Of a stretch of DNA of 64,000 bases, positions 10,975-24,536 are shown piece after piece. The translations under genes were made by a program, and so were the position numbers. A model generated the notes under the pieces. That model was given only the letters and a program-made list of their open reading frames with translations, had not been told where the DNA came from and searched no databases. Source of the stretch: the human T2T-CHM13v2.0 reference genome, Homo sapiens. The stretch lies in NCBI RefSeq assembly GCF_009914755.1, contig NC_060928.1. One strand, 5' to 3'. Within the stretch, counting starts at the first letter, position 1. Every line of letters begins with the position of its first letter.

Positions 10975-11128
10975 TTACAGGTTATCTAAATTGAACCCCT
11001 TCATTGTAAACATAAGGAAAAAAATTATAAAAGTTAAGTGACTTACCTGGCCAAAGTCAATTAAAGACAAAACTGTCAACCAGACATGTCTTCAGACTGT
11101 CTTTATCCAGTCTTCTTTCCACTCCACT
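10975..11128 (-). mobile_element. MIR SINE fragment
   Basis: cccttcattgtaaacataaggaaa...gttaagtgacttacc, MIR core motif. Confidence 0.5.
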
Positions 11129-11769
11129 AAATTGTTGTTTTTATAGCTGTAACTACAGTTTGCCCTGAAGTCTCTGCACTTTATCTCATGGTCTCTCATT
11201 ATGAACATAAGACACTAGAAGATGGCTAGCTGAACGCAGGCAGGGGTGTAACCTACTCCCCTGCAGAATGGAATAAAGTTTAACCATATGTCCTCCCAAG
11301 TAGCGGTCAGCCAGTGGTACATAGGTACTAATCACTAATATTGAATGATCACACTCATAAGACCAACTTCCCAGAACAAAATTATGGTAACTATAGGTAA
11401 AGAACAGAATATATTGTACTGCCTCTACATTTATCTAGCCTCAAAAAATTTTTCCAAATATTTAAGGGACAAAGTCCTTCTTATTGGGGTAATTTTACAG
11501 TAAGTCATAAAAGGAAGTATTAAGAAAATTAATTAATTCCATAATTCAAAATCGGAAGCAAGTGCTTGGGATGGATAATTAAGAGCCATTTACACAGGCA
11601 AACTCCCTGAAAGACAAAACATGCAGAAACTGAGGAATATGAAGGAACTATTCACATACTGAACACCAAAAGAGACTTCATGCTATTCAGAGAGGGGATC
11701 TGGATCTGAGAATACATCACAGATTACCAACTGGATACTGTCTATTTGATACTCTAGATTCAAATACTA

Positions 11770-11803
11770 TTAGGTTGGTGCAAAAGTACTTGTGGTTTTT
11801 GCA
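11770..11803. mobile_element. MADE1 (mariner MITE) half element
   Basis: ta-ttaggttggtgcaaaagta..tggtttttgc, Hsmar1-type TIR. Confidence 0.7.
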
Positions 11804-14335
11804 AGCTCATTTACCCAGAATTTCCAGGACTTAACCTACTTAAAATTATCAGATACCCAGAATTTAGATACTAACTTCAAAAGATATCAACAATTTAAAA
11901 AATATGACCCTTCTCCAGCATCTTCCAGATGCATTCTCTTAATTTAGATTCCATTAAATGAAGTAATGAGCAAATACACACACACTCACATATACACACA
12001 CACAAACATATATACACAATAACAGTTCATCATAAGGTCACTGAGATAATGTCATCAGCACACACTCCAAATTATACTTCAACTATTATTATAGATTTTC
12101 ATTTAAAAATTATTTATAGCAATTTCCTTTGTTTGCATGCTTCTGATGTATGGTGTCTGAGTCAAAAGATAAAAGAATCCCACTACTTCTACATTAAATT
12201 TGAAAAGTAGTATTAATTTCCTGTAAATTTGTGTTCATCATATTGTTGTCTTACAAAGCATTGGCAACAACCAATGATCAAAAAGAAACGGGATTTTTTT
12301 GCTGGAGAAATAGAATTAGGCCCTGAATCTTACCACCTCCACACAACACACATACATCTGTCCTCCACACACACATCTACACATATCCTAACACTCTCTA
12401 AGGCTAACCCTCACTCCAATTTCCTCTTGTAAATGCCAAGATGGAGGCAGAGTTCAGTGTGATTTCTGTGGTATTTGTTTTTAATAACTGAACTCAAACC
12501 TACCTTAATTATGGCCACCATAAATGAATTAAATTAGAAGAATTTGCTGAGAAAACCAATTTTCTGATAGTCCTAAATGTGAGTATTACTAAGCCCACTA
12601 AAAAGCCTTCATGTTGGTATAATCTTCTACTTGCATCGTCTAGAAAGGAACACAGAATAAAGAACTCATTTTAAAAATAGTTGATCCAGTGTAGTTTACA
12701 ACATATCCTGAGTAGATGAGTGTGGCGAGGGGGCATACTGGACACTGGGACCAACTACATCCATAAGTGAAAAATGGCCACAGATTATACCTAAGTAGAT
12801 AATCCACAGATGAACGACAGATAATTAGTTATACTGATAATAATGTAGCAACTACTTATTTCTCTAGTTTAATAATATTTGTACATAAAACTCACCAGCA
12901 AAGGAGAACATACACGTTGAGTGCAGCTACAAGCGACCATTTCACAAAAATGCTTTCAATGATTAAAAAAAAAACCTATCTTCACTTACCTACTCTCACT
13001 CTTCTCAAGATACTTCCCCACAACTTCAGATTCTCACTCACCAAATGCCCTTCGTATCACACGTATTCATCCTACTTAAACTGGCTGAGTAAGGCCGTAT
13101 TTTATGTGTATTAGGTAATTCTTTCCTATTATACGTGCCAAAAAATATGTTTTCTTTTGTCTTAGGTTAAATTTCTTCAGGTTAGATTCTAGTTGGGAGA
13201 GATCACTCAAACTGCTATATTTATTTATTCTGACAACTCAAAAATAATTTTACTTGCTACAAAGTGGAAATATAATTTAAACATCTGCTGTTGAAACACC
13301 CATCTTTGATACAAGGCATACTCATTGGCGCAGTAATAAGCACTCCCAAAAATAAATACATAACACACACTCTAAACACATTTGTACCACACGTTGACAA
13401 ACAAAAGGAACAGATTTCCTTTTGGATCATGGATAAATGTATCATTTCCGTGGAAAACAAGGCTCAGCCAATTTGTCAAAATTATTGAGTTCAAAGTAGA
13501 AAGTTTTTTTTTTTTAGCCTACTGGATTTTTGATATTTGAACTTAATATAATAAAGAGGCCTTAAATAGCCTTCTTGTTCATGTTGTCACTCTGAAAATA
13601 AGAACTATAAGCACCTGCTTTTAAATTGCTCCCCAAATGTTCCCAGAAAGCCAGAGAGATCTAAGCCAAAGAGCTCACCCCTTGCCTTCTATCTCATTCA
13701 TGAATTTCTAGAGCTCCAACTAAAATTGAAAGTAATTTACATCTGCAATATTCAGACTGAATTAAATTTCATGTTCAATCTACACCCCCCAGAAATGTTG
13801 AAGTTATGAAGGCATTATGAACTTATAATACCAGGCAAATTCCAGGCAGCCCTGTGACCTCATTTCAGGTGGAATTCTTAAGTTAATGAAGCTAAGAGTA
13901 CTTGCTCTCTACCATGTTGCAAATAACTAGATCCAAGCCCTGGACTCTACTATGGCTTCATCTGTAGCTCTGCCACTTATCTTCGAAAATCAGCAAGAGA
14001 TAAAATTCCTTTTTTAACATTTAATAAGCAGCAAGCATACATTCAAAAGAACTGTCTTCTATACATTATCCTGGAAAGTCTTCATATCTTTTAAAAGAAA
14101 AGTGATTTCACAGATGCGCTTGAATAAATAAAGGAAATTTTCAGTTGCCTGAAAACAACATCTCTTTAGTCAATGAACCAGAAACAATGACTGCTTGAAA
14201 AAAACATGGCCTGTTCAGTTTTGAAAGTCCTGTTAACCACTCCACTGAGCTCTACTCTAGAATCAAAATCTTAAGTCTTTCCTCTTCCTGTCATGTATGG
14301 TCGAAACAAAAATATTCATAAAAACACTTTATCTT

Positions 14336-14396
14336 TTTTTATATGAATGGGGTTCATATTTAAATTTTTATATGAATGGGGTTCATATTTAAATTT
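14336..14396. repeat. Perfect 29-bp tandem duplication
   Basis: tttttatatgaatggggttcatatttaaa x2. Confidence 0.95.
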
Positions 14397-15078
14397 AAAT
14401 AACACTCATTTTGTTTTAACATTTTATTGTCATTTTAACTTTTACATTAATCCATAGATTTACCCTTTGCTTATTATTATTAGCTTATGTGTTCAGATTT
14501 CTTAGGGGTGTCATGTGACTTTTTAAATTTAATATAAATTAGAAATATTCCATATTCTCCACCACAGTCAGAAGTCCACATTGTTACTTAGACGTCTCCA
14601 TCTCTCCTGTCAAACAACCAAATCAAGTCTACAGGTGTGAGCTTGAGAAGCAGCCTTAGTGATCCCAAACTGCACTCCCCTATCTGCTTGGTGCTCAGAG
14701 CTCTACTCCCCTTTAGTTTCCCCCAATTCAGCTTTGACCCCTGGTCTTCTTACTGTGTGGTTCTTGGTCATTGCTAAATGACTTAAAGCTATTTATTCGT
14801 CGATCTTCTCCTTCATCCTGAGTGAGTCTAAACTCTCACTCCTTCTGCTGGCTCCTCCATTTCCAGTTTGAAGAGATCTTGTTATTTTACATGATTTTTA
14901 GATAACTAGGATGACTAATAGTTACTTCAGTTCTTACAGAGATAGGCTTATTTTTAGCAAATAGCCAAAAAAATATAAATTATATGTTGAGTAAGCTGTC
15001 TATACACACATATATGGCTTTTTCCAAGCCTCAATCAGTCCATTGAGCTATCACAGCCTACATTTTATATATAAACAT

Positions 15079-15320
15079 GTGCCATCTTGGCTCACTGCAA
15101 CCTCTGCCTCCCAGGTTCAAGTGATTCTCATGCCTCAGCCTACCAAGTAGCTGGGATTACAGGTGTGTGCTACCATGCCCAGTTAATTATTGTATTTTTA
15201 GTAGAGACAGGGGTTTCACCATGTTGGCCAGGCTGGTCTGAAATGCCTGACCTCAAGTGATCTGCTGGCCTCAGCCTCCCAAAGTGCTGGTATTACAGGT
15301 GTGAGCCACCATGCCTTGTC
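15079..15320 (-). mobile_element. AluS, missing its 3' end and A tail
   Basis: Alu body from tcttggctcactgcaacctc to gagccaccatgcc; no T-run on the left side. Confidence 0.9.
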
Positions 15321-16959
15321 AAAAAAAATTTTTAAAGATTTTCCTAAAATACATTTTCTATGTGATTCAGCCTAAATGGGGTAAATAAAACACATCCAGT
15401 ATTATCCAGGATTTCACCACACATACACACAAAGTAAGGGACAGATTTTTGGCTTCATGACAGCTACTAGCAAATTTCCTAATCTCTCATTACTTATTTC
15501 CCCAAAATGTGGTTCACTAACATTCCATGAGAAAATGCTCAATTTAAATCTTAAACTTAAGGTTTGTATCAATCTTCATTGCCATTTTTAAGGGTCTGGC
15601 TTATTTGATTTCAGTAATGTGGTAATAACTATGCACAGCACAGCCAATTTAGAACCAATTTTTATAATTTTTCTTTTTCCAATTTAAGATCACTAGGTAT
15701 AAACTGAGTTATTCTAAGTGGAAAGAGTCTAACATCAGTTGCTATTTAAATCCTGACATACTGTCATCTGTTGCTTTATAATTTGTGCCAAATTACTTCA
15801 GCCCAAAGCAAAGCGCATGAAATTCTCATTATTAAATTTGCATATACTGAAGTTATTACTAAACTTTGAAACATTAAATATGATATGGTTACAGTTTAGT
15901 CCAAACTTATGAACATTGGTAAGAACAGAAAAGAAGTTAATATATCATCTATAGATATAAATATAAAGTGAAATATATTCCTGCTATAATCCACTACTAA
16001 TGGAGAACAGAAAATTCAAACAGGCCCATTAACAACAAAGACATTATAAAAGGTGGAATCCTCTTCAAAATATCCAACAGAAGCCAGAGTTTATTAAAAA
16101 TTAGGTATTCACCAAGCAACTATTCATTGTATGAACTTGAATTTGCCCAACCTTGGGTGTTGGAGGTTCTCAGTATCATAATAAGATTAATTTTTTATAA
16201 ACACATCAACACATATTCAAATAAACATTTTTGTCTCCTAATGTTTCATATAAGGATAATCTTGGTAGGTCATAAACTTATTTCAAAAATATAACTTAAA
16301 TGAGTTTTGTAACTCATGTAGAATGACCTTCATAGTCAATAGAAATTCAAATATTATTACTTTGAAGTCACCTCTTAAAAATCTTGCAGCCATAAAATTA
16401 TAAAGATAAAATATATCTTTAAATGTTCTAGTCACATACCTCATGTTATAGATGAAAAAGGAAAGAAAGTCTAAAGAAGATAAATAATTTGCTTAATATT
16501 ATAGACTTAGTTATACTTGTAAAACCAGGACTATTATCTAGATAGAACTAATTACTAGATCCAGAAATAAATTATAATATTACCTGAAGCTCTTTAATAT
16601 CTCTTATTTCTGCATAAAAAATATTTGCTAGGTTAAACAAGCAACAGATTTCATTTGATTAACAGTGATCTTCAAATAATTTTCAAACTCACACAACTGA
16701 AGATTATTAACAAAAATACCCACAAAGGTAATCAAATACATGTAATAAAATAATAAATTTTTGCCTTGAATTTGAAGATACGCAAATTCAAATTTTCAAA
16801 AGTACTGAGAAGAGTAAAATGAGATGCCCTTTCTTTGCTTGTCAGAGTCTATATCAAAACTTTTTCTTGAAATGCTTTTGAAAAGGCCATAACTGATTAT
16901 AAATCAGACTACCAATTTATCTAGAATTAAATTGATGTGGAAATTGACTTCAAGGCATA

Positions 16960-17435
16960 TATTACTAAAGAAATAATCCAAGAAACTTACAAATATTTAT
17001 CTACAAAAGTGTTCCTCACAATGTATAATGGCAAAGAAGAAGAATGAGGAAGAGGAGGAGGAGGAGGAAGAGGAGGTAGAGGAGAAAGAGGAGAAGGAGA
17101 AGAAGAAATTTAAATGACCATCAAAAAGAAAATAATTATGGAAGAGTCATATGATAAAATATTATGCAGCCATTAAAAATTATGTTTTTAGAATAATTTT
17201 TAGTGACAAGGCAATAAAGAATCACAATACTACAATACATTTTAAAACCCAGGTATCAAATAATCATACAATGTGATGCAATTTTACCATATATGTTTAT
17301 AAAAATGATAAATAGAAAACAACATATATAAAAATATTAGCAGTGGTTATCTCTGGGTAATAGAGGTATAGATGATATTCCTCAATCTTATTCTTTCTAT
17401 ATTTTTCCAGTTGTTTGCAATGAACACGGGCTATT
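16960..17435 (+). mobile_element. Old L1ME/MC 3' fragment
   Basis: aatattatgcagccattaaaaa; cagtggttatctctgggt. Confidence 0.6.
17033..17108. repeat. (GAG/AAG)n purine-rich repeat
   Basis: Direct reading. Confidence 0.9.
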
Positions 17436-17448
17436 CTTAGAAACAGAA

Positions 17449-17606
17449 ATAGCATTGGGAGATATACCTAATGCTAGATGACGAGTTAGTGGGTGCAGCG
17501 CACCAGCATGGCACATGTATACATATGTAACTAACCTGCACAATGTGCACATGTACCCTAAAACTTAAAGTATAATTAAAAAAAAAAAAGAAAAGAAAAA
17601 AAAAAA
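17449..17606 (+). mobile_element. Very short 5'-truncated L1PA2 insertion with A tail and TSD
   Basis: gatgacGAGttagtggg and aaaacttAaagtataat (non-Ta alleles); TSD AGAAA(C/T)AGAAATA at 17439-17451 and 17607-17619. Confidence 0.9.
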
Positions 17607-18170
17607 AGAAATAGAAATACAAATTTTTAAAGGCAAGGGAATCTGAAAGCACCATTTTATAGCACAATTGTAGTCCCATTCCTCCGTCAATAGAGTCTGT
17701 ATGCTGTACTCTCTAAGATCCCTGTCTCAGTTTTGCTTATTACTTATCCCAACCAGCACTTCCTCCTCCCACACCTTCCATTTGTTTGTTTATTAATATA
17801 GTCTCGACCTTAGGATGCACAGAAGAGAAAGTTAAATGTTTTTAATATTCTTAAGTGTATCTCAAAATAAGCACATAAATTCCAGCTTGGAGTTAAATTA
17901 TGAGGTCCCAAACCTCTGAGCCAAAATGTCAGTAATGCATTTCTTAGTAATTTGTTACTGATAAAGGAAGTGAATGCTCAGTTTTCAAATGAAAGAATAC
18001 TTATCCACAGAAATAGGGAAAGGTAGAAGCTATTGGAAGTAAAATTCTCCTTTGACATTAGCTTGAGCTTAATGCATAGAGTCTTTAGGGAGTCATTCTG
18101 ATTCCTCTGTGTAATGGGACATAAAGTTATTACTAACTCTGTATTAATACCCCAAATATAAATACACTGG

Positions 18171-18591
18171 GATATGATTTAGATGTTTTGTCCCTTCCAA
18201 ATCTCATGTTGAAATGTGACCGCCAATGTTGGAGGTGGGCCTACTGGGAAGTGTTTGGGTCATGAGTAGGGACCCTCATGAATGTCCTGTCCTCATGGTA
18301 ATGAGTGAGCTCTCACTCTATGAGTTCACACAAGCTCACACAAGCTCTGGTTCTTCAAAAGAGCCTGGTACTTCCTCCCTCATTCTCTTGCGCCCTCTCA
18401 CCATGTGACGCGCCTGCTCCCCCTTCATCTTCCATTGTGATTATAAGCTTCTGAGGCCCTAATCAAAAGTAGATGCCAGCCAGCACTATGCTTCTTATAC
18501 AGACCACAGAACCTTGAGCCAAATAAACCTCTTTTCTTTATAAATAACCCAGCCTCGGGTACATTATAGCAACACAAAACAGATTAACACA
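18171..18591 (+). mobile_element. MST (MaLR) solo LTR, MSTB-like
   Basis: gatatgatttagatgttttgtcccttccaaatctcatgttgaaatg...aataaacctcttttctttataaat...ttaacaca. Confidence 0.85.
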
Positions 18592-19176
18592 TACCGGCTT
18601 GACAAAACATTGTCAAAAATATCTAGGACTACAAAGAAATTAATTTACATGCACTCTTCATGAAACCCTACCAAAATAACACCTGGTGGAGACTGGATGT
18701 TTAAAAAGGATTTCAGTTAACCTCATGTCTAAAAATCACATTGTTATTCTGAGTAAAATAAGCAATTACTCTGCATAACCTAACAGCCAGAAATTTATTG
18801 GACTAATGGTTATACTTGATTTTGAAAAAAAAGACATAACAAGATATTCTCATTACTCCACTAACTTGCAGGAAAGTATTTGTTAGTTCCCAGTCACATA
18901 AGGCACACAATATTTATCCTGGCATTCCAAGCCTTTCCCAGTTTTAGACACTGGGGACTGATGCACTCTAAAATAAATTAGTAGTCTGATTTACAATCAG
19001 CAAACATCAATTGACATCGGTCTTGAGATTTGGGCCTAAAAAATCTGGATGCCAGACTCTGCATCTGAAGGGATACAACAAACATACCATAGCACCCATA
19101 AGACTGATTGATCCCTGAACGGCCAGTTGCCCTGCCACATACTTTCAGGCTACTTTTTTCCTATCCCCTGACCACA

Positions 19177-19177
<1 letters not shown>

Positions 19178-19223
<46 letters not shown>
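19178..19223. repeat. (CA)n microsatellite
   Basis: Direct reading. Confidence 0.95.
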
Positions 19224-19224
<1 letters not shown>

Positions 19225-19663
19225 ACCACCACCACCACAAGTGCCAAAGAATGAATAAAAGTGCTAGCCTTTGATGGGAGCATCTGGCATTTTCCCTCCC
19301 AAATCATCAGGATGCTTTTATAGCAAATAGAAAATGGCCCTTAAGAATCACTCTTCAGATTACTTGGCTGTGTCAGTCCTGAGGAAAACCCTGCCATATC
19401 GCTCACTCTCAGACATCCCTTTATGAAGACTCTATACAGCTGAGCCATCACATATAACTTAAAGAAAAAGTCAGTTGTTATAAACCTTGGTATTAACCAA
19501 AGCTAACCATTCCTTTCTTTTCCATCTCTGTTTATTTTGTTTCTAATTTCTTACCATCCTGCTTATCTCCCATTTCTTTTGCCCTATCCATCATCATTTC
19601 CTTCTACTTCCCCCTTGGGTCAGCCACATATCTAAACCTTCCCTTTCTAGGAGGGAGTGCTCA

Positions 19664-19664
<1 letters not shown>

Positions 19665-19705
<41 letters not shown>
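19665..19705. repeat. (CA)n microsatellite
   Basis: Direct reading. Confidence 0.95.
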
Positions 19706-19709
<4 letters not shown>

Positions 19710-20124
19710 GTTGTCACCCAAGTTTCTGTTCTGAGTGTCTCAAAGTCCTTATGTATAATAAAAATTAGTCACATGTGTTGAAGGATACTACAAAATGAAA
19801 ACAGCACACGTGGTATCAGAAAGTTCTAATAATATCTGAAATGATAAAATAAAGGAGAGCTATTACTATAACACTATCTTAATGGAGAAGCTCTGTTACA
19901 CTCAGCTGTTGGTTGATAGATTTTGTTGAGTATAGGTCATGGGAGAGAAAACTAAAAATTTGATAAGTACTAACTTAAAATAATTAATATTAAATTATGT
20001 GAAAGCCTAAAGAAAACAGTGTCAAGTTGTTAGCCTCTGTTTATTCTTTCTTTTTGCCATAATGAGTCTCTCCAGTTTGACACATCAGATATGTAATTTT
20101 AAAATTTCATATTTACTATATCAA

Positions 20125-20279
20125 TTTTTTTTTAGTGAGACATGGTCTCGCCCTCCCAGGCTGGAGTGCAGTGGGACAATCATAACTCACTGCAGCCTCA
20201 AACTCCTGGGCTCAAGTGATCCTCCCACCTGAGCCTCCCAAAGTGCTAGGATTACAGATATGTGCCACTGTGCCCAGCC
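20125..20279 (-). mobile_element. Alu monomer (FRAM/FAM-like)
   Basis: Single arm with T-run; flanking ctatatcaat/ctttatcaat TSD-like pair. Confidence 0.8.
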
Positions 20280-20391
20280 CTTTATCAATAATTAATGGAA
20301 AGTTACAGAGATTCTAATCAAATAAAATATTTTTTGTTACACATCTTGACAAGGAAGAAAACATATGAAAGCTAACAGGAGTATTTTAAGA

Positions 20392-20580
20392 CAGTGTTTC
20401 AAAAATCGAAGCTCACAAACCAACTACATCAGATTTATTCAAAGTGTTTCTGAAAACAATAGATATATAACAATAATAGGGGTTACCTAAAACATATCAC
20501 AAAAGATTCTCTGAGTTAGGGCCTGAGAATTAGCATTTTTAAAAACTCTCAGCTGAGTCTTAGGCATTTGAGAACTACTG
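20392..20580. mobile_element. MER5A-like hAT MITE
   Basis: cagtgtttc(t)caaa...gggcctgagaattagcattttt...tttgagaactactg terminal inverted repeats. Confidence 0.65.
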
Positions 20581-21544
20581 CTGTAAGAGATATTTTCCAG
20601 TAGCTTGTCAAACCCAAAGCAAGTAACCATCCATCTTTCCTCATTAAAAGTCAATATGACTTTCCTGTTTTTCTTCTCAAGTGCCAGATAATTCAAAATA
20701 AACTGTCCAATATAATTGGTTATCTAAATCACCAGTCCCAGCCTTTGTTTATTATATTACATTTTCTAAAATACATCAAAATCTGTTTTCTCAAAGACTC
20801 ATAGTTTGCACGGGTAGTGCAATTGGCTTTACACAGAGTTGTTTAAGTGCTCAGATCCAAGCCTGACTACCTCTTGAACTGGTATCTGAGTGGAGAGATA
20901 TATTAACTTAAGGCCTTTGAATATGAATTGAAGAAGACATATCTAACAATAAAATAGCTATAAAATTGGAAATAAGTTTTCTAAAATTAGATTACCCATT
21001 ACAGGCTCTGAATTTTATAATTATTTAATTATAAATGATCATTATTTTAATTGCATAGTATCCCAAAAATATAATCAATGATTTCTGAAAACAACATTAA
21101 CTGTCCATATATATGAGAACAAAAAATTAAGATATATTAATAAAATGTTTAATAACAATGACATAGTGGAGGATACAAGATGCATGGAATAGATAACTCT
21201 TTGACAAATATTCTTCATTTCATATGAACCCTGAGCAGTTACAAAGATCCTCATTCCAAATACAATGTATCAAAGAAAGGAAATACACGGCATTATTTTT
21301 AATTATCTTAAATTTGTGTTAAGTCACTATTAATAATCAACAGTTTACACACAAAAAACGATGACTATTTTAATAGAGAATAGAATGGAAGAATAGGACC
21401 AAAGAAACTGAATACATCTTGCTGAGATTTTTATTAATTCTGGAGGAGAAAAAAATTGGAATTTAAAGCCAGAGCTTCTCTGCTTAAATTAATTTTAATT
21501 TGTGTCATTTCATTCCCCAGTGTGGCTTCAATCATTCCCAACTT

Positions 21545-21581
21545 ATTAGATTGGTGCAAAAGTAATTGCAGTTTTTGCCAT
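21545..21581. mobile_element. MADE1 half element
   Basis: ttagattggtgcaaaagtaattgcagtttttgccat. Confidence 0.75.
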
Positions 21582-22619
21582 AATCATAATAATTCTGATG
21601 TAGGTGGTTTGTGAGCTTCACTTTCTAAAACACTGTCTTATAATACTCCTGTTAGCTTTCATATTCTTTCTTCCTTGTCAAAATGTGTAATATAATTCTC
21701 TTTAGAGTCAGATATATTTCTAAAGTTCTGAATTAATATCCTCTAGATATTATATTCCATAGTTAAAATTGCTAGAAATATTCTGGTATTCATGCTACAT
21801 ATATAACTATATATATGTTTGGTCTACAAAAGCTTATTACTAAAAGAAGTTTGATTCATTTGCATCAGAACAATATAGACCATCAAATGATTTTTAATAG
21901 CATAAATTTAAGTATAAAATAAACAAAGCTTTATCATTCAGGGCCCTAATTATATTAGTCCATAAAAAATTCTGGTTACATCCCTGCCAACCAATACCTT
22001 GTAGAGTAGGTGATAATCAGCAACACAAAATTTTAACAATTCTAAAAAGCAATACATAAATTATTTTCTTGTGTTATTCTGGTTACAAACCATGATACTT
22101 ATTTACTTTTCAGAAATTTTAGGAATTTTGTGATGAAAGAATTTGGCAACAGAGTAAATTGAATGTTGGTATTATAAACTGAGCTAGGAAACAACCACTC
22201 GAATTCTATCTTATGAAAGAGATTGAGAATTCATATAATTTCTTCCTTAAATGTTGGTAGAAGTCACCAGCAAACCGATCTGGGCCTGGTACTTTTCATT
22301 TCTGATAATCTTGAATTTTTGAAACTAGAGAATATAGTGGTGATTTCTTTTCATAAGCTTTTAATTAAAAACATCAAAGGACTTCTGCTTCCAGCCAAGA
22401 TATTGTAACAAATAACAAGACCTGGATTTACTTTCCCATCTGAAACAACAAAAAAAAGTTGAACAGAATACGTCAAACAATGGTTTTTAAGACATTTGAG
22501 ATTAGGCAACAAAGGACAATGATCACTACCAGATGAAAAACAAAATGAGGGGAATCCCACAATTGCCAGAACTTACTGCCTTGAGTTTCCAACCAATAGC
22601 AAAAGGACAGGGTACCCAA

Positions 22620-22975
22620 GCATATTAGTCCATTTTCTTACTGCTGTGAAGAAATACCCAAGACTGGGTAATTTATGAAGAAAAAGAGGTTTGATAGACT
22701 CACAGTTCCACATGGCTGAGAAGGCCTTACAAACATGGTGGAAGATGAAGGAGGAGCAAAGGCACATCTTACATGGCACTAGGCAAGAGGGCTTGTGTAA
22801 GGGAATTCCCATTTATAAAACCATCAGACCTCATGAAACTTATTCACTACCATGAGGAAAGTATGGGAAAAACCCACCCCCATGATTCAATTATCTCCCA
22901 CCAGGTCCCTCCCACAACACGTAGAGATTATTGCAACTGCAATTCAAAATAAGATTTGGGTGGAGACACAGCCAA
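22620..22975 (-). mobile_element. THE1 solo LTR
   Basis: tattagtccattttc...gactgggtaatttat...gatttgggtggagacacagccaa. Confidence 0.88.
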
Positions 22976-23231
22976 TCTTCTTGGGTTTTCTGCCTAATCA
23001 ACAAGATTCCCTGAGCAGAGGTGATGAAACTGGGATACTGGGGAGACCAAGTTAGTTAGAGATCACAAAACAAAGTAATGGATGAGAGAGGCCTGCACAT
23101 GGAAAAAATTTCAGGTATCTTTAGAGAGGTTCTCCTTAAATCAACCTGTGAATACTGATCAGCACATGTGTGTGAGGAAACTATTCATGGCCAAGGAAAG
23201 AACTACCCAAAACGATTAGAAAGAACATGAC

Positions 23232-23609
23232 TGTTATGGACTGAATGTTTGTGTCCTTCTCCAAAATTCATATGTTAAAATCTAATCCCCAGTGTAATGG
23301 TATTTGGAGGTGGGGCTTTTGGAAGGTAATTAGGTCATGAAGGTGGGGTGCTCATGAATGAGATTAGTGCCATTATAAGAAGAGGCCTAAGAGCTAGCTC
23401 ACTCTCTATCTACCATGAGAGGACACAAGAAGAATCTGTCAGTCTGCAACCCAGAAGACAGCTCTAAGCTGAACACAACCATGCTGGCACCATCATCTTG
23501 GTCTTCCAGTCTCCAAAATTGTCAGAATAACTTCTGTGAAAAATAAGTTTCTGTTGTTCATAAGTCACCCAGCCTAGTGTATTTTGTTATAGCTACCAAA
23601 ACCAAGACA
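23232..23609 (+). mobile_element. MLT1A-type solo LTR
   Basis: tgttatggactgaatgtttgtgtcc...ttggaggtggggctttt...ttgttatagc...aagaca. Confidence 0.85.
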
Positions 23610-24152
23610 AGTACCCAGTACTCACCCAGGCCCAGTAATAGTGCCTGTTTCCACCAGACAGATTAGAAACCTCATAATCATAGAAACTGGCAGAATGTGC
23701 AGAAGAGTCTTGACTGAGTCATGGAACAAAATTGTCCCTAGACTAAATGCTACTCTAGTTTCACCTAAGAAATCTTAAAAGCAAGACTCAAAAGTATCAA
23801 ACAGTTCTAAGAGCTTAACTGTGTCCCAGAACAAAGTTCAAGAATATTTATAGAAATGGAAAAATATCCAATACACAATACAGTAAAAATTCACAACATT
23901 TGACATGCAATAAAAAATTAACAGGCATGTAAGGATGTAGGATAGTATATGCCATGATAGGAGAAAAAAACAATTTGGAACCAATACTGACAGTGATATT
24001 AATTAGCAGAAAAAAATACTTAAAAAGTTATAACTGCATTTCATTTGTGCAAAAAGTTAAGTGGAGACATGGAAGATGTTTTTTAAAAGATAGAAATTCA
24101 ATTTCTAGAGATGTCAACAACAATGTCTGAGATGAAAAGTACACTGAATGGA

Positions 24153-24536
24153 TTTTTTTTCTTTTTTTTTTTTTGTTGTTGTTTTACTTTAAGTTCTGGG
24201 ATACATGTGCAGAATGTGCAGGTTTGTTACATAGGTATACATGTGCCATGGTGGTTTGCTGCATCTATCAACCAGTCATCTAGGTTTTAAGTCCTGCATG
24301 TATTAGTTATTTGGCCTAATGTTCTCCCTCCCCTTGCCTCACACCCCCTGACAGGCCCCAGTGTATGATGTTCCCCTCCCTGTGTCCAAGTGTTCTCATT
24401 GTTCAACTCCCACTTATGAGTGAGAACATGCGGTGTTTGGTTTTCTGTTCCTGTGTTAGTTTGCTGAGAATGATGGCTTCCAGCTTCATCCATGTCCCTG
24501 CAAAGGACGTGAACTCATTCTTTTTTATGGCTGCAG
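24153..24536 (-). mobile_element. L1PA (PA7/8-like) 3' end
   Basis: T-run then actttaagttctgggatacatgtgcagaatgtgcagg...ttttatggctgca. Confidence 0.88.

Noticed and set aside
13257-13488. Overlapping 65-67 aa ORFs as small proteins
   Set aside because: No homology recognised and lengths are within chance expectation.
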